A DNA stretch of 64,000 bases. Origin: an uncultured Gemmatimonadales bacterium (lineage in GTDB: Bacteria; Gemmatimonadota; Gemmatimonadetes; Gemmatimonadales; GWC2-71-9). The translations under genes were made by a program, and so were the position numbers. Numbering within the stretch: position 1 is the stretch's first letter; the number at the start of each line of letters is the position of its first letter. This document shows positions 20,291-31,467 of this stretch, piece after piece. The DNA is taken from assembly GCA_963821525.1 (NCBI GenBank), contig CAWGED010000005.1, positions 864,001-928,000 on the forward strand. The letters run 5' to 3'. The notes beneath the pieces were generated by a model, which was given only the letters and a program-made list of their open reading frames with translations, made no database searches and had not been told where the DNA came from.

Positions 20291-23200
20291 GCTTTACGCC
20301 TTGGCCGGACCAGAGTCCGGATCAGATGGAGAAGGACCTGCTCGAAACCTGGAAGGCCGAGCGGCTTTTCCAGCGTACCCTCGAAGCCAATCGCGACGGC
20401 AAGCCTTTTGTGTTCTACGAGGGACCACCCACCGCCAACGGCCGTCCCGGAATCCATCACGTCTTCTCCCGTACGATCAAGGACCTGGTCTGCCGCTATC
20501 ACGCGATGCAGGGCGAGTCGGTGACCAGGATCGCGGGCTGGGACACCCACGGCTTGCCGGTCGAGATCGAGGTGGAAAAGCAGCTGGGGCTGACCGGCGG
20601 GAAGAAGGCGATCGAGCAGTACGGCGTCGAGAAGTTCAACGCGAAGTGCCGGGAGAACGTGTTCACCTACAAGCAGGACTGGGAACAACTCTCCGACCGG
20701 ATCGCGTACTGGCTCGACTACGAGCATCCCTACATCACCTACAGCAACGACTACGTCGAATCGGTCTGGTGGCTGCTCAGTCGTCTGTACGAGAAGAGCA
20801 TGCTGTACCGCGGTCACCGGGTGCTTCCGTACTGTCCCCGCTGCGGCACCGTGCTCTCCAGCCACGAGCTGGCGCTGGGCTACGAGAAGATCCAGGACCG
20901 CTCCATCTATGTCGCGTTCCCGCTGGAAGACGGGAGCGGGCGCGAGCTCATCGTCTGGACCACCACTCCCTGGACGCTGCCTTCCAACGTCGCGGTCGCG
21001 GTTCATCCCGATCTCGAATACGGCACCTATTCCAGCAGCAAGCATCCCGGCCGGAAGTTCATCACCGCGGTCGCGCTGCGCGACAAGCTGAACGAGGTGC
21101 TCGGCGGTGAGATAAAGGAAGAGTCCGCCGCTGTGCCGGGCTCATCGCTGGCGGGGCTTCGCTACCGGCGGCCGCTGGATATCGTCCCTCTCCCAGCCGA
21201 TGCGAAGCATTCAGTCGTCATCACGGGAGACTTCGTCACGGCGGACACCGGCTCCGGCATCGTGCACATGGCGCCGGCTTTCGGCGCAGACGACTACGCC
21301 GCGGGAAAAAAGCACGGGCTCGCGTTGCTCATGCCGGTGGCCCCCGACGGGACCTTCCGCGGAACATCCTGGCCCGACCTCGAAGGCAAGCTGGTTACCG
21401 ACAAGGAAACCAACGAGCTCATCATCCGCCGCCTCAAGGCCGACGGACGCTGGCTCCACACCGAGCAGTACGAGCACGACTATCCTCACTGCTGGCGCTG
21501 CTCCAGCAAGCTGATCTACTACGCTCGCGACTCCTGGTTCGTCCGCACCTCGGCGGTGAAGGAGCGGATGCTCGAGGTGAACCGGGCGAGTGAACTGGAG
21601 TCCGCCCGAGGTCGGCACCGGCCGGTTCGGCGAATGGCTGGCCAACAACGTGGACTGGGCGCTCTCGCGGGACCGCTACTGGGGCACACCGCTGCCGGTC
21701 TGGGTCTGCGAGAAGGAGCCGACGTCACGTCGAGGTGATCGGGAGCTATGCCCGGCTCGCCGAGCGTTGGGGAAAGCCGTTGCCCGAGAAGTTCGATCCG
21801 CACAAGCCCTACATCGACAGCTATACCTGGAAGTGTTCCTGTGGCGGAGTGATGCGCCGCGCCGCCGAGGTGATCGACACCTGGTTCGACTCGGGGTCGA
21901 TGCCGTACGCGCAGTGGCACTATCCGTTCGAGCACGAAGCCGAATTCAAGTCGCACTTCCCGGCCGACTACATCTGTGAAGGGGTGGACCAGACTCGCGG
22001 CTGGTTCTACTCGCTTCTGGCGATTGCGGTCACCGTGTTCGACAGCCCGGCCTATCGCAACGTGATCGTCAACGGGCTGGTACTGGACGCGAAGGGCCAG
22101 AAGATGTCCAAGACCCGGGGCAACGTGGTGGATCCCTGGGAGATGATCCGCGGAGTTCGGCGCCGATGCGGTCAGGCTTTATCTGCTGGCTTCGAGTCAG
22201 GTCTGGGCCGCGAAGCCATTCGATCCGAAGACCATCTCGCAGATCACCGGGAACTTCATCCGCGCCCTGCGGGAGACCTACCGGTTCTTCGCGCTCTACG
22301 CCGACCGCGACATGCTGCAGGCGGCCGGCAAGCTGACGCTCTCCGACCGCTGGATCCTGAGCCGGCTCGATTCCACCATCGAAGCGGTTCGTGCGTCGTA
22401 CGACGGCTACGACGTCACCGCCGGCACCAAAGTCCTGATGGCGTTCGTGGTGGACGACCTCTCCAACTGGTATGTGCGTCTCAACCGGGGCCGCTTCTGG
22501 GCTCCCGACGCCGCTGCCGACCCCGCAGCGGTCGCGACGCTTCACCATGTGCTGACTGCGGTTAGCCGTCTCCTGGCACCAGCCGCTCCGTTCATGAGTG
22601 ACTGGCTGCACCGGTCGCTCACCGGCGGATCGGTGCATCTGGCTCCCGTGCCGGTCCCCTCGGCGGCTCGGGACCAGGGTCTCGAATCGGCGATGGACGC
22701 CGTGCGGCGCCTGTCGTCGCTTTCCCGCGCCGCGCGAGAGACTGTCAAACTCGGGGTTCGTCAACCCCTGTCGCGGCTCCTTGTCGCCATTCCGGCGAGC
22801 GTGGATCGGGAGGCTTTCGCCAAGCTCACCGAGCTGTTACGCAACGAGGTAAACGTCAAAGCCGTAGAGGTCGTGGAATCGGACACTGCTCTGGTCAGGC
22901 TGCGCGGGAAGGCTAACTTTCGCGCCCTCGGTAAACGGTTCGGGAAGCAGACCCCGGCGGTTGCCGCGGCGGTTTCCCGCCTGACGGCGGATCAGTTGCA
23001 GGTACTGGAAGGAGGCGGGGAGGCCACCCTGGAGGTGGACGGTTCCCCCACCGTCTATCTTTCAGATGAGGTAGTGGTGGAGCGGGAGGTGGCCACCGAC
23101 TTGCTGCTGCAGAGCGACGGTCCTTATGTGGCGGCGCTTGACCCTGGCCTGACGCCGAACTTGCGGGCCGAAGGGCTGGCGCGGGAGATCGTCCACCACG

Positions 23201-23463
23201 TGCAGCGCCTGCGTCGAGGAAGCTGGCTACCGATTCGCAGATCGGATCGAGCTCGGTTGGAAGGGCCGCGCCGAGGTGCTGGAGGCCGCTAGGCGCACGC
23301 CGGGTTCATCCGCGGCGAAACCCTTGCCCGCTGAGTTCGAGGCGGTCGCTCGTGCCCGAGGCGGACCTGACTCAGGACGTGGAATTGGACGGACGGCGGG
23401 TAACGCGAGCACAAGCTACGAAACGGCGCGGGAGCGCTCGACCCACAACCGACGGGGAAGTAA
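20287..23463 (+). CDS. ileS: Isoleucine--tRNA ligase, type 2 (several frameshifts; end approximate)
   Basis: [56 protein letters not shown]. Confidence 0.95.
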
Positions 23464-23846
23464 TGAACAAGAAGAATTTGACGCACTTTGAGAAGCGGCT
23501 GCTGGAGGAACGGGCGCGGGTAATGAAGGAGCTCGGCTACTACGACGAGTCCTTCAACGCCACGCTGCAGTCATCCGACGGTGACCTCTCGTCCTACTCA
23601 TTCCACATGGCGGACCAGGGGACCGACGCCATGGAACGGGAGAAGCAATTCCTGTTTGCGTCACAGGAAGGCCGCTATCTCTGGCATGTGAACGAAGCGC
23701 TGCGCCGGTTGTACAAGACACCCGAAAAGTTCGGCCACTGTCATCAGTGCGGCGACGAGATCAACTTCGAACGGCTGGACGCGCTGCCTCACGCGCGGCT
23801 CTGCATCAAGTGCAAGGAAAAGGAAGAGGATGCCAAGCGGCGCTGA
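23463..23846 (+). CDS. TraR/DksA-family C4 zinc-finger protein
   Basis: Coiled coil with tip HMADQGTD; CHQC...ERLDALPHARLCIKC. Confidence 0.9.
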   Translation: MNKKNLTHFEKRLLEERARVMKELGYYDESFNATLQSSDGDLSSYSFHMADQGTDAMEREKQFLFASQEGRYLWHVNEALRRLYKTPEKFGHCHQCGDEINFERLDALPHARLCIKCKEKEEDAKRR

Positions 23847-24359
23847 GCGTCGGCTCTACTGGGGCACCGCGCTGGCGGTCATCGCCTTCGACCTGATCAC
23901 CAAGTTCCTCGCGGAAAAGTTCCTGGTGGCCTCGGTGGGCCGCCAGGTTCTGGGGCAGTGGCTGCAGCTCCGCCTGGTCTACAATCCCGGGGCCGCGTTC
24001 GGCCTCGACGTGGGACCCTACTCCCGCTGGATCTTCATGCTGGTCGCGATCGTCGCCGTGGTCGCGCTCTACCGGATGTCGCGCAATGCGCTTCCGGGCG
24101 ACTGGTTCCGGCAGCTCTCCCTGGGCCTGGTGAGCTGGCGGTGCTGCTCGGCAATCTGGTGGACCGGGTGCGCAACTCGCAGGGCGTGGTGGACTTCCTC
24201 GACGTCGGTGTCGGCGCATACCGCTGGCCAACCTTCAACGTGGCCGACATGGCCGTGAGCTGCGGCGCCATCGCGCTCGCGATCTCGCTCTGGCGGGAAG
24301 ACGCCCGCCGGGAGACCGTGACCGAACCGACCCCAGTCGGAGTAAGGAGTAAGGAGTGA
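23830..24359 (+). CDS. lspA: Lipoprotein signal peptidase (frameshift near 24140)
   Basis: [28 protein letters not shown]. Confidence 0.93.
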
Positions 24360-24419
24360 GGAGTGAGGAGTAACAGCGATTCGGACTCCTCACTCCTTAC
24401 TCCTCACTCCTCACTCACG
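24339..24419. repeat. Inverted heptamer tracts (GGAGTRA)5 / (ACTCCTY)5 spanning the lspA stop and rluD start
   Basis: GGAGTAA GGAGTAA GGAGTGA GGAGTGA GGAGTAA - 11 nt - ACTCCTC ACTCCTT ACTCCTC ACTCCTC ACTCACG. Confidence 0.92.
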
Positions 24420-25410
24420 TTCACGGTCCTCAGCGAGTCGACCGAACGGCTCGACCGCTTCCTCGCCGATCAGCTCCAATTTTCCCGAACTCAGTCCGCC
24501 CGGCTCGATCGCCGCCGGCTCGGTTACCGTCGCCGGTAAGCCCGCGCGCGCGTCGCGCCTGCTGGAGCGCGGGGATCAGGTGGTAGTCACCTTCCCCGAT
24601 CAGGAGCCGCCCCGCACCATTCAGCCGGCTCAGATTCCTCTCTCGGTAGTCTTCGAAGACGAACACCTCGCCATCATCGACAAGCCCGCCGGGTTAGTGG
24701 TTCATCCCGCGCCGGGTCACTGGCAGGACACGCTGGTGAATGCCCTCGTGGCCCGCGGCACGACGCTCTCCAGCGGGGCCGAAGGGCGTCCCGGCATCGT
24801 GCATCGTCTCGACCGCGATACCTCGGGCCTCATGGTCGTTGCCAAGACCGAGCTGGCTCATCGCCGGCTCGGTGCGGCCCTCGCGGCCCGCCGGATCAAC
24901 CGGCACTATGCGGCGCTGGTCTGGGGACATCTCGACAGCGACCCGGTCGTGATCGAAGCACCGCTCGGGCGAAATCCCCGCGACCGCAAGCGCATGGCGG
25001 TCCTTCCCGAAGGCCGTCCCGCCCGAACCGACGCCTTTCCCGTTGCCCGACTTTCACTCGTGGACCTGGTGCGGCTCGAGCTGCATACCGGTCGCACTCA
25101 CCAGATCAGAGTTCATCTCGCTCACATCGGCCATCCCGTGGTGGGCGATCCGGTCTACACCGCGGGGGGTAGCCGCCGGATGTCGAGCGACCGGCCCGGT
25201 GCGGCGGCCCTGGAACGGCTCGCTCCCCGCCAGGCGCTGCACGCCGCCTACCTCGGTTTCCGCCATCCTGCGACCGGGGAAGCCCTCGAATTTGAGGCCG
25301 GATGGCCGGCCGACCTGCAGCCTTTGCTGGTTGCGGCGCTAGGGCCCGGAAATCCCGTTGTTAATTCGGATGCCCTTCGGTATCTTCGTTTCTTTAAAGC
25401 ACATGAGTGA
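24363..25410 (+). CDS. rluD: RluA/RluD-family pseudouridine synthase with S4 domain (frameshift near 24505)
   Basis: ERLDRFLA S4 domain, IDKPAGLVVHP, IVHRLDRDTSG, TGRTHQIRVH, QALHA. Confidence 0.92.
25358..25386 (+). promoter_or_regulatory. Putative sigma70-type promoter for the che-mgl cluster, inside the 3' end of rluD
   Basis: TTGTTA-N17-TATCTT in an AT-rich patch, 16 nt before the cheW ATG. Confidence 0.5.
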
Positions 25411-25839
25411 TGTTCAGAGGCTCAGACTTGTGGTCTTCCGGGTCGGCGAAATCATCTGCGCCGTGCCTGCGGCAATTGTTCGGGAGGTCATCGCCCAGCA
25501 GCCGGCAACCCGGATCCCTGGGGCCTCGGCCGAGGTGGACGGACTCTTCAACGTCCGCGGCACGCTTTTGACTGTCTTTGACGGTCGGCGGATCCTGGAA
25601 CGGCAGGGCTCGGCCGATCGAGGACGGGTCGGTCCTGGTAATCGAGACCAACGGTCGCACCGTCGGACTCGGAGTGGACGAGGTCCTGGATCTGGTGGAG
25701 GTGCCAGCGGACAGTCTCGATCAACGAGAGGCCCTCCCCGGAATAGATCCGCGCCTGGCCCGAGCGGTGGGCCGGGCTGGACGACCGGGTCTTTGCAGTG
25801 CTCGACACCGACGCGCTGCTCGCACCGCTTCTGACCTGA
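25403..25839 (+). CDS. cheW: Chemotaxis coupling protein CheW (frameshifted)
   Basis: LVVFRVG...VREVI...TRIPGA...GLFNVRG...VGLGVDEVLD. Confidence 0.85.
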
Positions 25840-25889
25840 CGAATCAGTCTTTTCAAAAGCCCAAACGCTGCTCGCAACCGGAGGATCGC

Positions 25890-26252
25890 GTGAGCCATAC
25901 GGTGCTGGTCTGCGATGATGCCATCTTCATGCGCACCATGATCTCGGACATCCTTGCCCAGGCGGGATTCGAGGTCGTGGGCGAGGCGGAGACGGGCGCG
26001 AGGCGGTGAGACGCTATCGCAAGCTCAAGCCCGACCTCGTCACGATGGACATCGTGATGCCGGACATGGGCGGCATCGATGCGGTACGCGAGATCTGCAA
26101 GGAGCGATCCCGACGCCAAGATCCTGATGTGCAGCGCGATGGGACAGCAGGCCCTCGTGGTCGAGGCGATCCAGGCGGGCGCCAAGGACTTCGTGGTGAA
26201 ACCGTTCCAGCCCTCCCGGGTGCTCGAGGCGGTACAGCGCGTGCTCGGCTGA
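25890..26252 (+). CDS. cheY: Single-domain response regulator CheY, Bacillus/Thermotoga-like (frameshifted)
   Basis: VLVCDDAIFMRTMI, PDLVTMDIVMP, MCSAMGQQALVVEAIQAGAKDFVVKPF; GGAGG RBS. Confidence 0.92.
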
Positions 26253-26256
26253 GTTC

Positions 26257-28123
26257 ATGGATCTATCGCGCTACGCCGCGCTCTTTCAGACGGAGAGCAG
26301 GGAACACCTGGGCAGTTGCGCTCAGGCCCTGCTGGAGTGGGAGCGCGACCTCAAGGCCACCGAGCCGGTCGTCACGGTCTTTCGCGGCATGCACACCTTC
26401 AAGGGCATGGCCGCGGCGATGGGGTTCAACCACCTCACCGAGCTGGCTCACCGCACCGAAACGCTGCTCGATGTGGTCCGGAGCGATCCCGGTTCCGCGT
26501 CGCGCGAGTTGCTGGACCTGCTCTTTCGAATCGTTGATGCGCTGGAAGCCGGGGTTCCAGAGGCGGTGTCCGGCGGCGACGCGAAGCTGGACTTCACGCC
26601 GCTGCTCGAGGAGCTCGACAATGCCTCGGCGCGCTTCGGCGCCGACCGGCAGCTGGGCCATTCCGGTGCGGGAGGATCGCCCGGCCCCGGTTGCGGCTGG
26701 AGGGCGGCTGGTGCGAGTCGTCATCCGCTCCGGTACGGCGATGCGCGGCGCTCGCGCGATGCTGGCGATCCGGAAGGCCGAGGCGCTGGGCAAGGTCAAC
26801 TCCATCCGGCCGCCGGCCAGCACGTTCGAGCAGGAGGAGTTCGACGGCAAGCTCTCCTTCCGTTTCGAGGGCAGGGCCAGCGACGCCTCGCTGATTGCCG
26901 CGGTGCAGTCCGCCGGGGACGTCGCCTCGGTCCAGGTGGGTGAGGAGACCGGCGGTCGACGAGCCGGGCCGCAAGGTCGAGCGCCGCCGCCAGATCCGGA
27001 TCGATCTCCGGCGGCTCGACGCGCTGATGAACCAGGTCGGCGAGCTGGTCGTCGCCAAGGGACGGCTCGAGCGAGCTCGCTGCCGTGAGCGACTCGCCGG
27101 ATCTCAAGGCGGTCGCCGCGCGCATCGGACGGGTGACCTCCGAGATGCACGGCGAGATCGTGCAGGCCCGGATGACTCCGGTGTGGCAGGTGTTCGATCG
27201 CTTCCCCCGGATGGTGCGGGACCTCTCGCGGCAGCTGGGCAAGCGGGTCGCGTTCGAGGTCGAGGGAGAAGAGATCGAGATGGATCGCGCGATCCTGGAC
27301 GAGATCGGGGATCCGCTGATTCACCTGCTGCGGAACGCGGTGGACCACGGCATCGAGTCCACCGCCGAGCGGAAGAAGCGCAACAAGCCGGCTGAAGGCC
27401 GGATCCTGTTAAGCGCGATCCGGGACCGGACCAGCGTCGCCATCCGGGTGAAGGACGACGGGCAGGGCATCGACCGGCAGAAGGTTCTCGCCAAGGCCGT
27501 GAAGGAAGGGCACGTCCCTTCGCGGCACCACGACCTTGACCGACGACCAGCTGCTCCGCGTACTGGGCCGCCCGGGCTTCAGCACCGCGCGCTCGGTTAC
27601 CGACGTGTCGGGCCGCGGGGTCGGCATGGATGCCGTGCTGTCCAAGGTCCGGGCGCTGGGAGGCTCGGTCGAGCTGGAAACGGCCGCGGGCGAGGGCTCG
27701 ACCTTCACGATGCGGCTCCCGCTGACGCTGGCGATCGTGCGGGCCCTGCTCGCTCGCGTAGGCGATGAGCGCTACGCGGTGCCACTCGCCGGGGTGGCCG
27801 AAACGGTGGAGTTCAACCCGGTGCTGGTCGCGTCGCTCGAGGGCAAGGAGGCGTTCGTGTTGCGCCAGGAGCTCCTGCCCACGGTGCGACTGCGGGAGCG
27901 GCTGGGGGTAATCGGCGCCCGGCCGGTCGGGAAGGCGCCGACCATCATTCTGCAGGTCGGAGAGCGCCGTTGCGCGCTGGTAGTTGATGCCCTGGTCGGG
28001 CAGCAGGAGATCGTGGTAGAGCCGTTCGATGCGCCGAAGGGGATGCTGCCGATTTTTACCGGTGCCACAATCCTGGGTGACGGCGTGCCGGCCCTGATTG
28101 TGGATCCGGCCGCCCTGGTCTGA
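26257..28123 (+). CDS. cheA: Chemotaxis histidine kinase CheA (frameshifted)
   Basis: P1 FRGMHTFKGMA; P2-like ARAMLAIRKAEALG...EEFDG; LDALMNQVGELV; HLLRNAVDHGIE; DDGQGID; VSGRGVGMD; C-terminal CheW-like P5. Confidence 0.95.
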
Positions 28124-28132
28124 GAGGCCCGC

Positions 28133-28754
28133 ATGGACGACGTACGCGAGTTGCATGAGCTGCAGCGCGACGCGCTCAGGGAAGTCGCCAACATCGGCGC
28201 CGGCCATGCCGCGACCGCCCTGTCCCAGCTCACCAATCGTACGATCATGATCAGCGTGCCCGAGGTGAACATCTCCCGGCTCGAAGAGGTGCCGGAGATC
28301 CTGGGGCAAGCCGACGACGTGGTGGCCGCCGTCCTGATGCACATGATGGGCGACCTCACCGGCCGTACGCTGGTCCTCTTCCCCGATCCCTCGGCCAAGG
28401 TGCTCTGCGACATACTGCTCCGCCGGAAGCTCGGCACCACCGAGACCTACGAGCGAGATGGAACAGTCGGGACTCAAGGAGGTAGGAAACATCCTGACCA
28501 GCGCCTACATGAACGCGCTGAGCGACTTCATGGGCATGATGCTGGTCCCGTCGGTTCCCAGCCTCGCCATCGATCTGGCGGGAGCCGTCCTGACCTCCAC
28601 CTACATGAATTTCGGCTACGACCGCGACTTCGTCTTCTGTGTCGAGACCCAGTTCCTGTTCGAGGATCCGGCACTCAAGCTCCGTGGTCACTTCCTGCTG
28701 TTGCCCGATCTCGCGTCGCTTCGGGCAATTTTCGACGCGATCCGCCTGAGCTGA
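28133..28754 (+). CDS. cheC: CheY-P phosphatase CheC (frameshift near 28455)
   Basis: Two ExxN sites: DALREVANIGAGHAATALS and LKEVGNILTSAY. Confidence 0.92.
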
Positions 28755-28761
28755 GGCAGCC

Positions 28762-31464
28762 GTGACGGGGCCGGCTCTGTCGGAACGGGACCTCGCCGTC
28801 ATCCGATCCTTCGCACGCCGCATCGATCCGTCCGATGCCGGCGCCCACAACAACCTCGGCGTCCTCTACTACCAGAAGGGCCTGACCGCCGAGGCCATCA
28901 GCTGTTTCCTGCGTGCGCTCGAGCTGGACCCCAGCATGCAGGTCGCCAAGGACAACCTCGAGATCGCCTACCACGCCACCGGCTACTACGACAAGCGGGT
29001 GGCGGAGCTGCGCGACCGGCTGGCCCGCGCATCCCGCAGGACCGGGACGCGCGCTGGGAGCTGGGCCGGACCTACGCCTCGCTGGGCCATTTCGAAGAGG
29101 CGATCGCCGAATTCGAGACCCTGCTCGCCCGGCAGCCGGACGACGTCGCCGGCGTTACTGCAGATCGGCCTGGCCGAGAAGGCACGGGGCGATCTGGACG
29201 CGGCCACCGACTGCCTTCGGCCAGGCGCGTCGCGCACGACCCGAGCGTCCGGTCGTCCTCTTCTACTTCGGCGAGGTCGCTCTACAACCGCGGCCTCAAC
29301 GAGCCGGCGCGCGCGGCGCTGGAGGAGGCCGTCGCCCGGAACCCCGACCACGCCGACGCCTACTACCTCCTGGCCTTCGTCTACGGCGACATGGGCGATC
29401 ACGAGAGGCCCGGGCCGCGACCAAGAAAGCGACCGCAGCTCAATCCCACCTTCGCCCGCGCCCAGAGCAATCTCTCGCTGAATCGCTAGCGCGGGCGGCG
29501 CGACGCTCCCGGGCCGCAGCAGATGCCGCGGCCCAAGGTCGAGTCGAGGGTGGGGCGCTCGCGCACTTCAACCTGGGACTCGCATTCCGGCAGAAGGGCT
29601 ACTACGTCGAGGCGTTGCGCGAGTACAAGCTGGCCCTCGAGGCGGGCGAGGATCCGCCGGCTGGTGCTCCAGGCGATGGCGGAGGTGCACCTGCTGCGGC
29701 GCGACGTCTCCGCGGCGCTGGAGCTGTACGCGGCGCTGGTCGCGCGAGGACCCCGAGTCACCCAAGCTGTGGAATGAGCGCGGGGTCTGTCTGCAGCATG
29801 CCGGAAGGCGCGACCGAGGCCGGTGCCGCGTACAACAGGCCGCAGTCAACATCGATCCCGACTACGCGCTGGCCTGGAACAACCTCGGGGTACTCCGTGG
29901 CCCAGAGACCCGAAGACGAAGAGGCGCTCGAGGCCTTCCACCGGGCGCTGATGATCCGCCCCGACCTCGTCGTGGCCCGGCTCAACCTCGCGCTGGCTAC
30001 TCTTCCATCGCCGCCGGCTCCAGCTGTCGCTGGAGGCGTATCGCCAGGTGCTGGAGACCACGCCGACCAATGCCGTCGCCTGGAACGGGGTCGGGCTGGT
30101 GCTGGTTGAGCTCAAGCGCTTCGAGGATGCGCGGAACGCGTTCGGCCGTGCGGTAGACGCCGATCCGGACAGCGCATCGGCGCACTACAACCTGAGCTTC
30201 GCGCTCAGCAATCTGGGCGACTTCGACGGCGCGCTCCGCGCGACCAAGCGGCGCGCTCGAGCTCGAGCCGTTCTACGTCGCGCAGAAGTATGTCCTGTCG
30301 ATCGATCTCCAGTACGAGAATCCGGACGATCTCCATCGTCCCCGAGATCTCGGCCGACGTGTCATCGGACCTGGCCGAGCCGATTTCGCATTCGACACCC
30401 GGCTGCTGGATCGCATCTTCGACGAGCTGCAGCCCGCCGCGAAGCCCGCGCCGGCCCCCTCAGTGGATGATCCACTCGCCCTGGCCGCCGATTTCGTGGC
30501 GAAGGGACTGCTCGAGCTGGCCACAGCCCACATCGACCGCGCGCTGCAGCAAGGGCGCACCCCGTGCCCGCGCCACCACGCTCATGGGGCAGGTGTTCGC
30601 CCGGCGTGGCCTCCACGGCGAGGCATTGGAGCGGTTCCGGGAGGCGCTGATGCTGGAGCCGGGCGATCCCGACGCCACCCTTGGTGAGGTCCGCGCACTG
30701 CTCGCGCTCGGCCGGTCCGCCGAAGCCGGCGAGCACGTCGAGGACCTGGTCACCATGATGCCGCGCGACGTGGAAGTTCTGGTCGAGCGCGGCCCGGGTG
30801 CGATTGGAAGGTGACCAGCCGGAATCCGCCGGCGAGCTGGTCCGGCGTGCCCAGCAGCTCGCGCCGGGACGGGCCGATCTCTTCCAGTTGCAGGCGAAGG
30901 TCTGCGGCAAGCTGGGCGATATCCCCGGTGCGGTCGAGGCCTGCCAGGTCGCGCTCCAGCTCGACGGCACGCTCGCGCAGGTCTGGCACGACCTGGGCCG
31001 ACTCGAGGAAGCCCGGGAGAACTGCCGTGGCGGCGAAAGGTCGCCTACGAGCGAGGCGCTCGACCTCCTGCCCACTTTCATGGAAGCCGCGCTGGCCCTG
31101 GCCGATCTGGTGCGCCGGAGCGAGTCCCCCGCGGCCGCGGTAGACATCCTGGTCGAGATGCTGATGACGGAGCCGTGGGACCTCGATGCGCTCGCTGCTG
31201 CTGGGCCGCTGCCTGCTGGATGACGGCCGGCCGGAGCGGTCGATCGAGGCGCTCCAGCGTCTGCTCAAGTTCGATCCCGACAACGAATCCGCGCTGTTCC
31301 ACCTGGGCGTGGCCCTGGCCCGCATGCGGCAGTACGCGGACGCGGTTCACGCGTGGGAGCGGGTGATCCAGATCGATCCCGGCGGGCCCTATGCCCAGGC
31401 GGCGCGCAGCCACGCGCGGTCGGCGCGAGACCTCAAGCATATCTTCGCGGCGGGAGCGGCCTGA
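28762..31464 (+). CDS. Large cytoplasmic TPR protein, about 900 aa (many frameshifts)
   Basis: Repeated TPR units across frames: AHNNLGVLYYQKG, AHFNLGLAFRQKG, AWNGVGLVL, AHYNLSFALSNLG, ALFHLGVALARM. Confidence 0.85.
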
Positions 31465-31467
31465 GTC

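Noticed and set aside
23352..23462. Extended DksA N-terminus or an ileS-dksA fusion
   Set aside because: The segment reads as the frameshifted IleRS C-terminus; the DksA-like gene has its own ATG at 23463
9843..24419. Repeat tracts as CRISPR arrays or IS/MITE ends
   Set aside because: Units are 6-7 bp with no unique spacers, and the window shows no cas genes, transposase or clear target-site duplication
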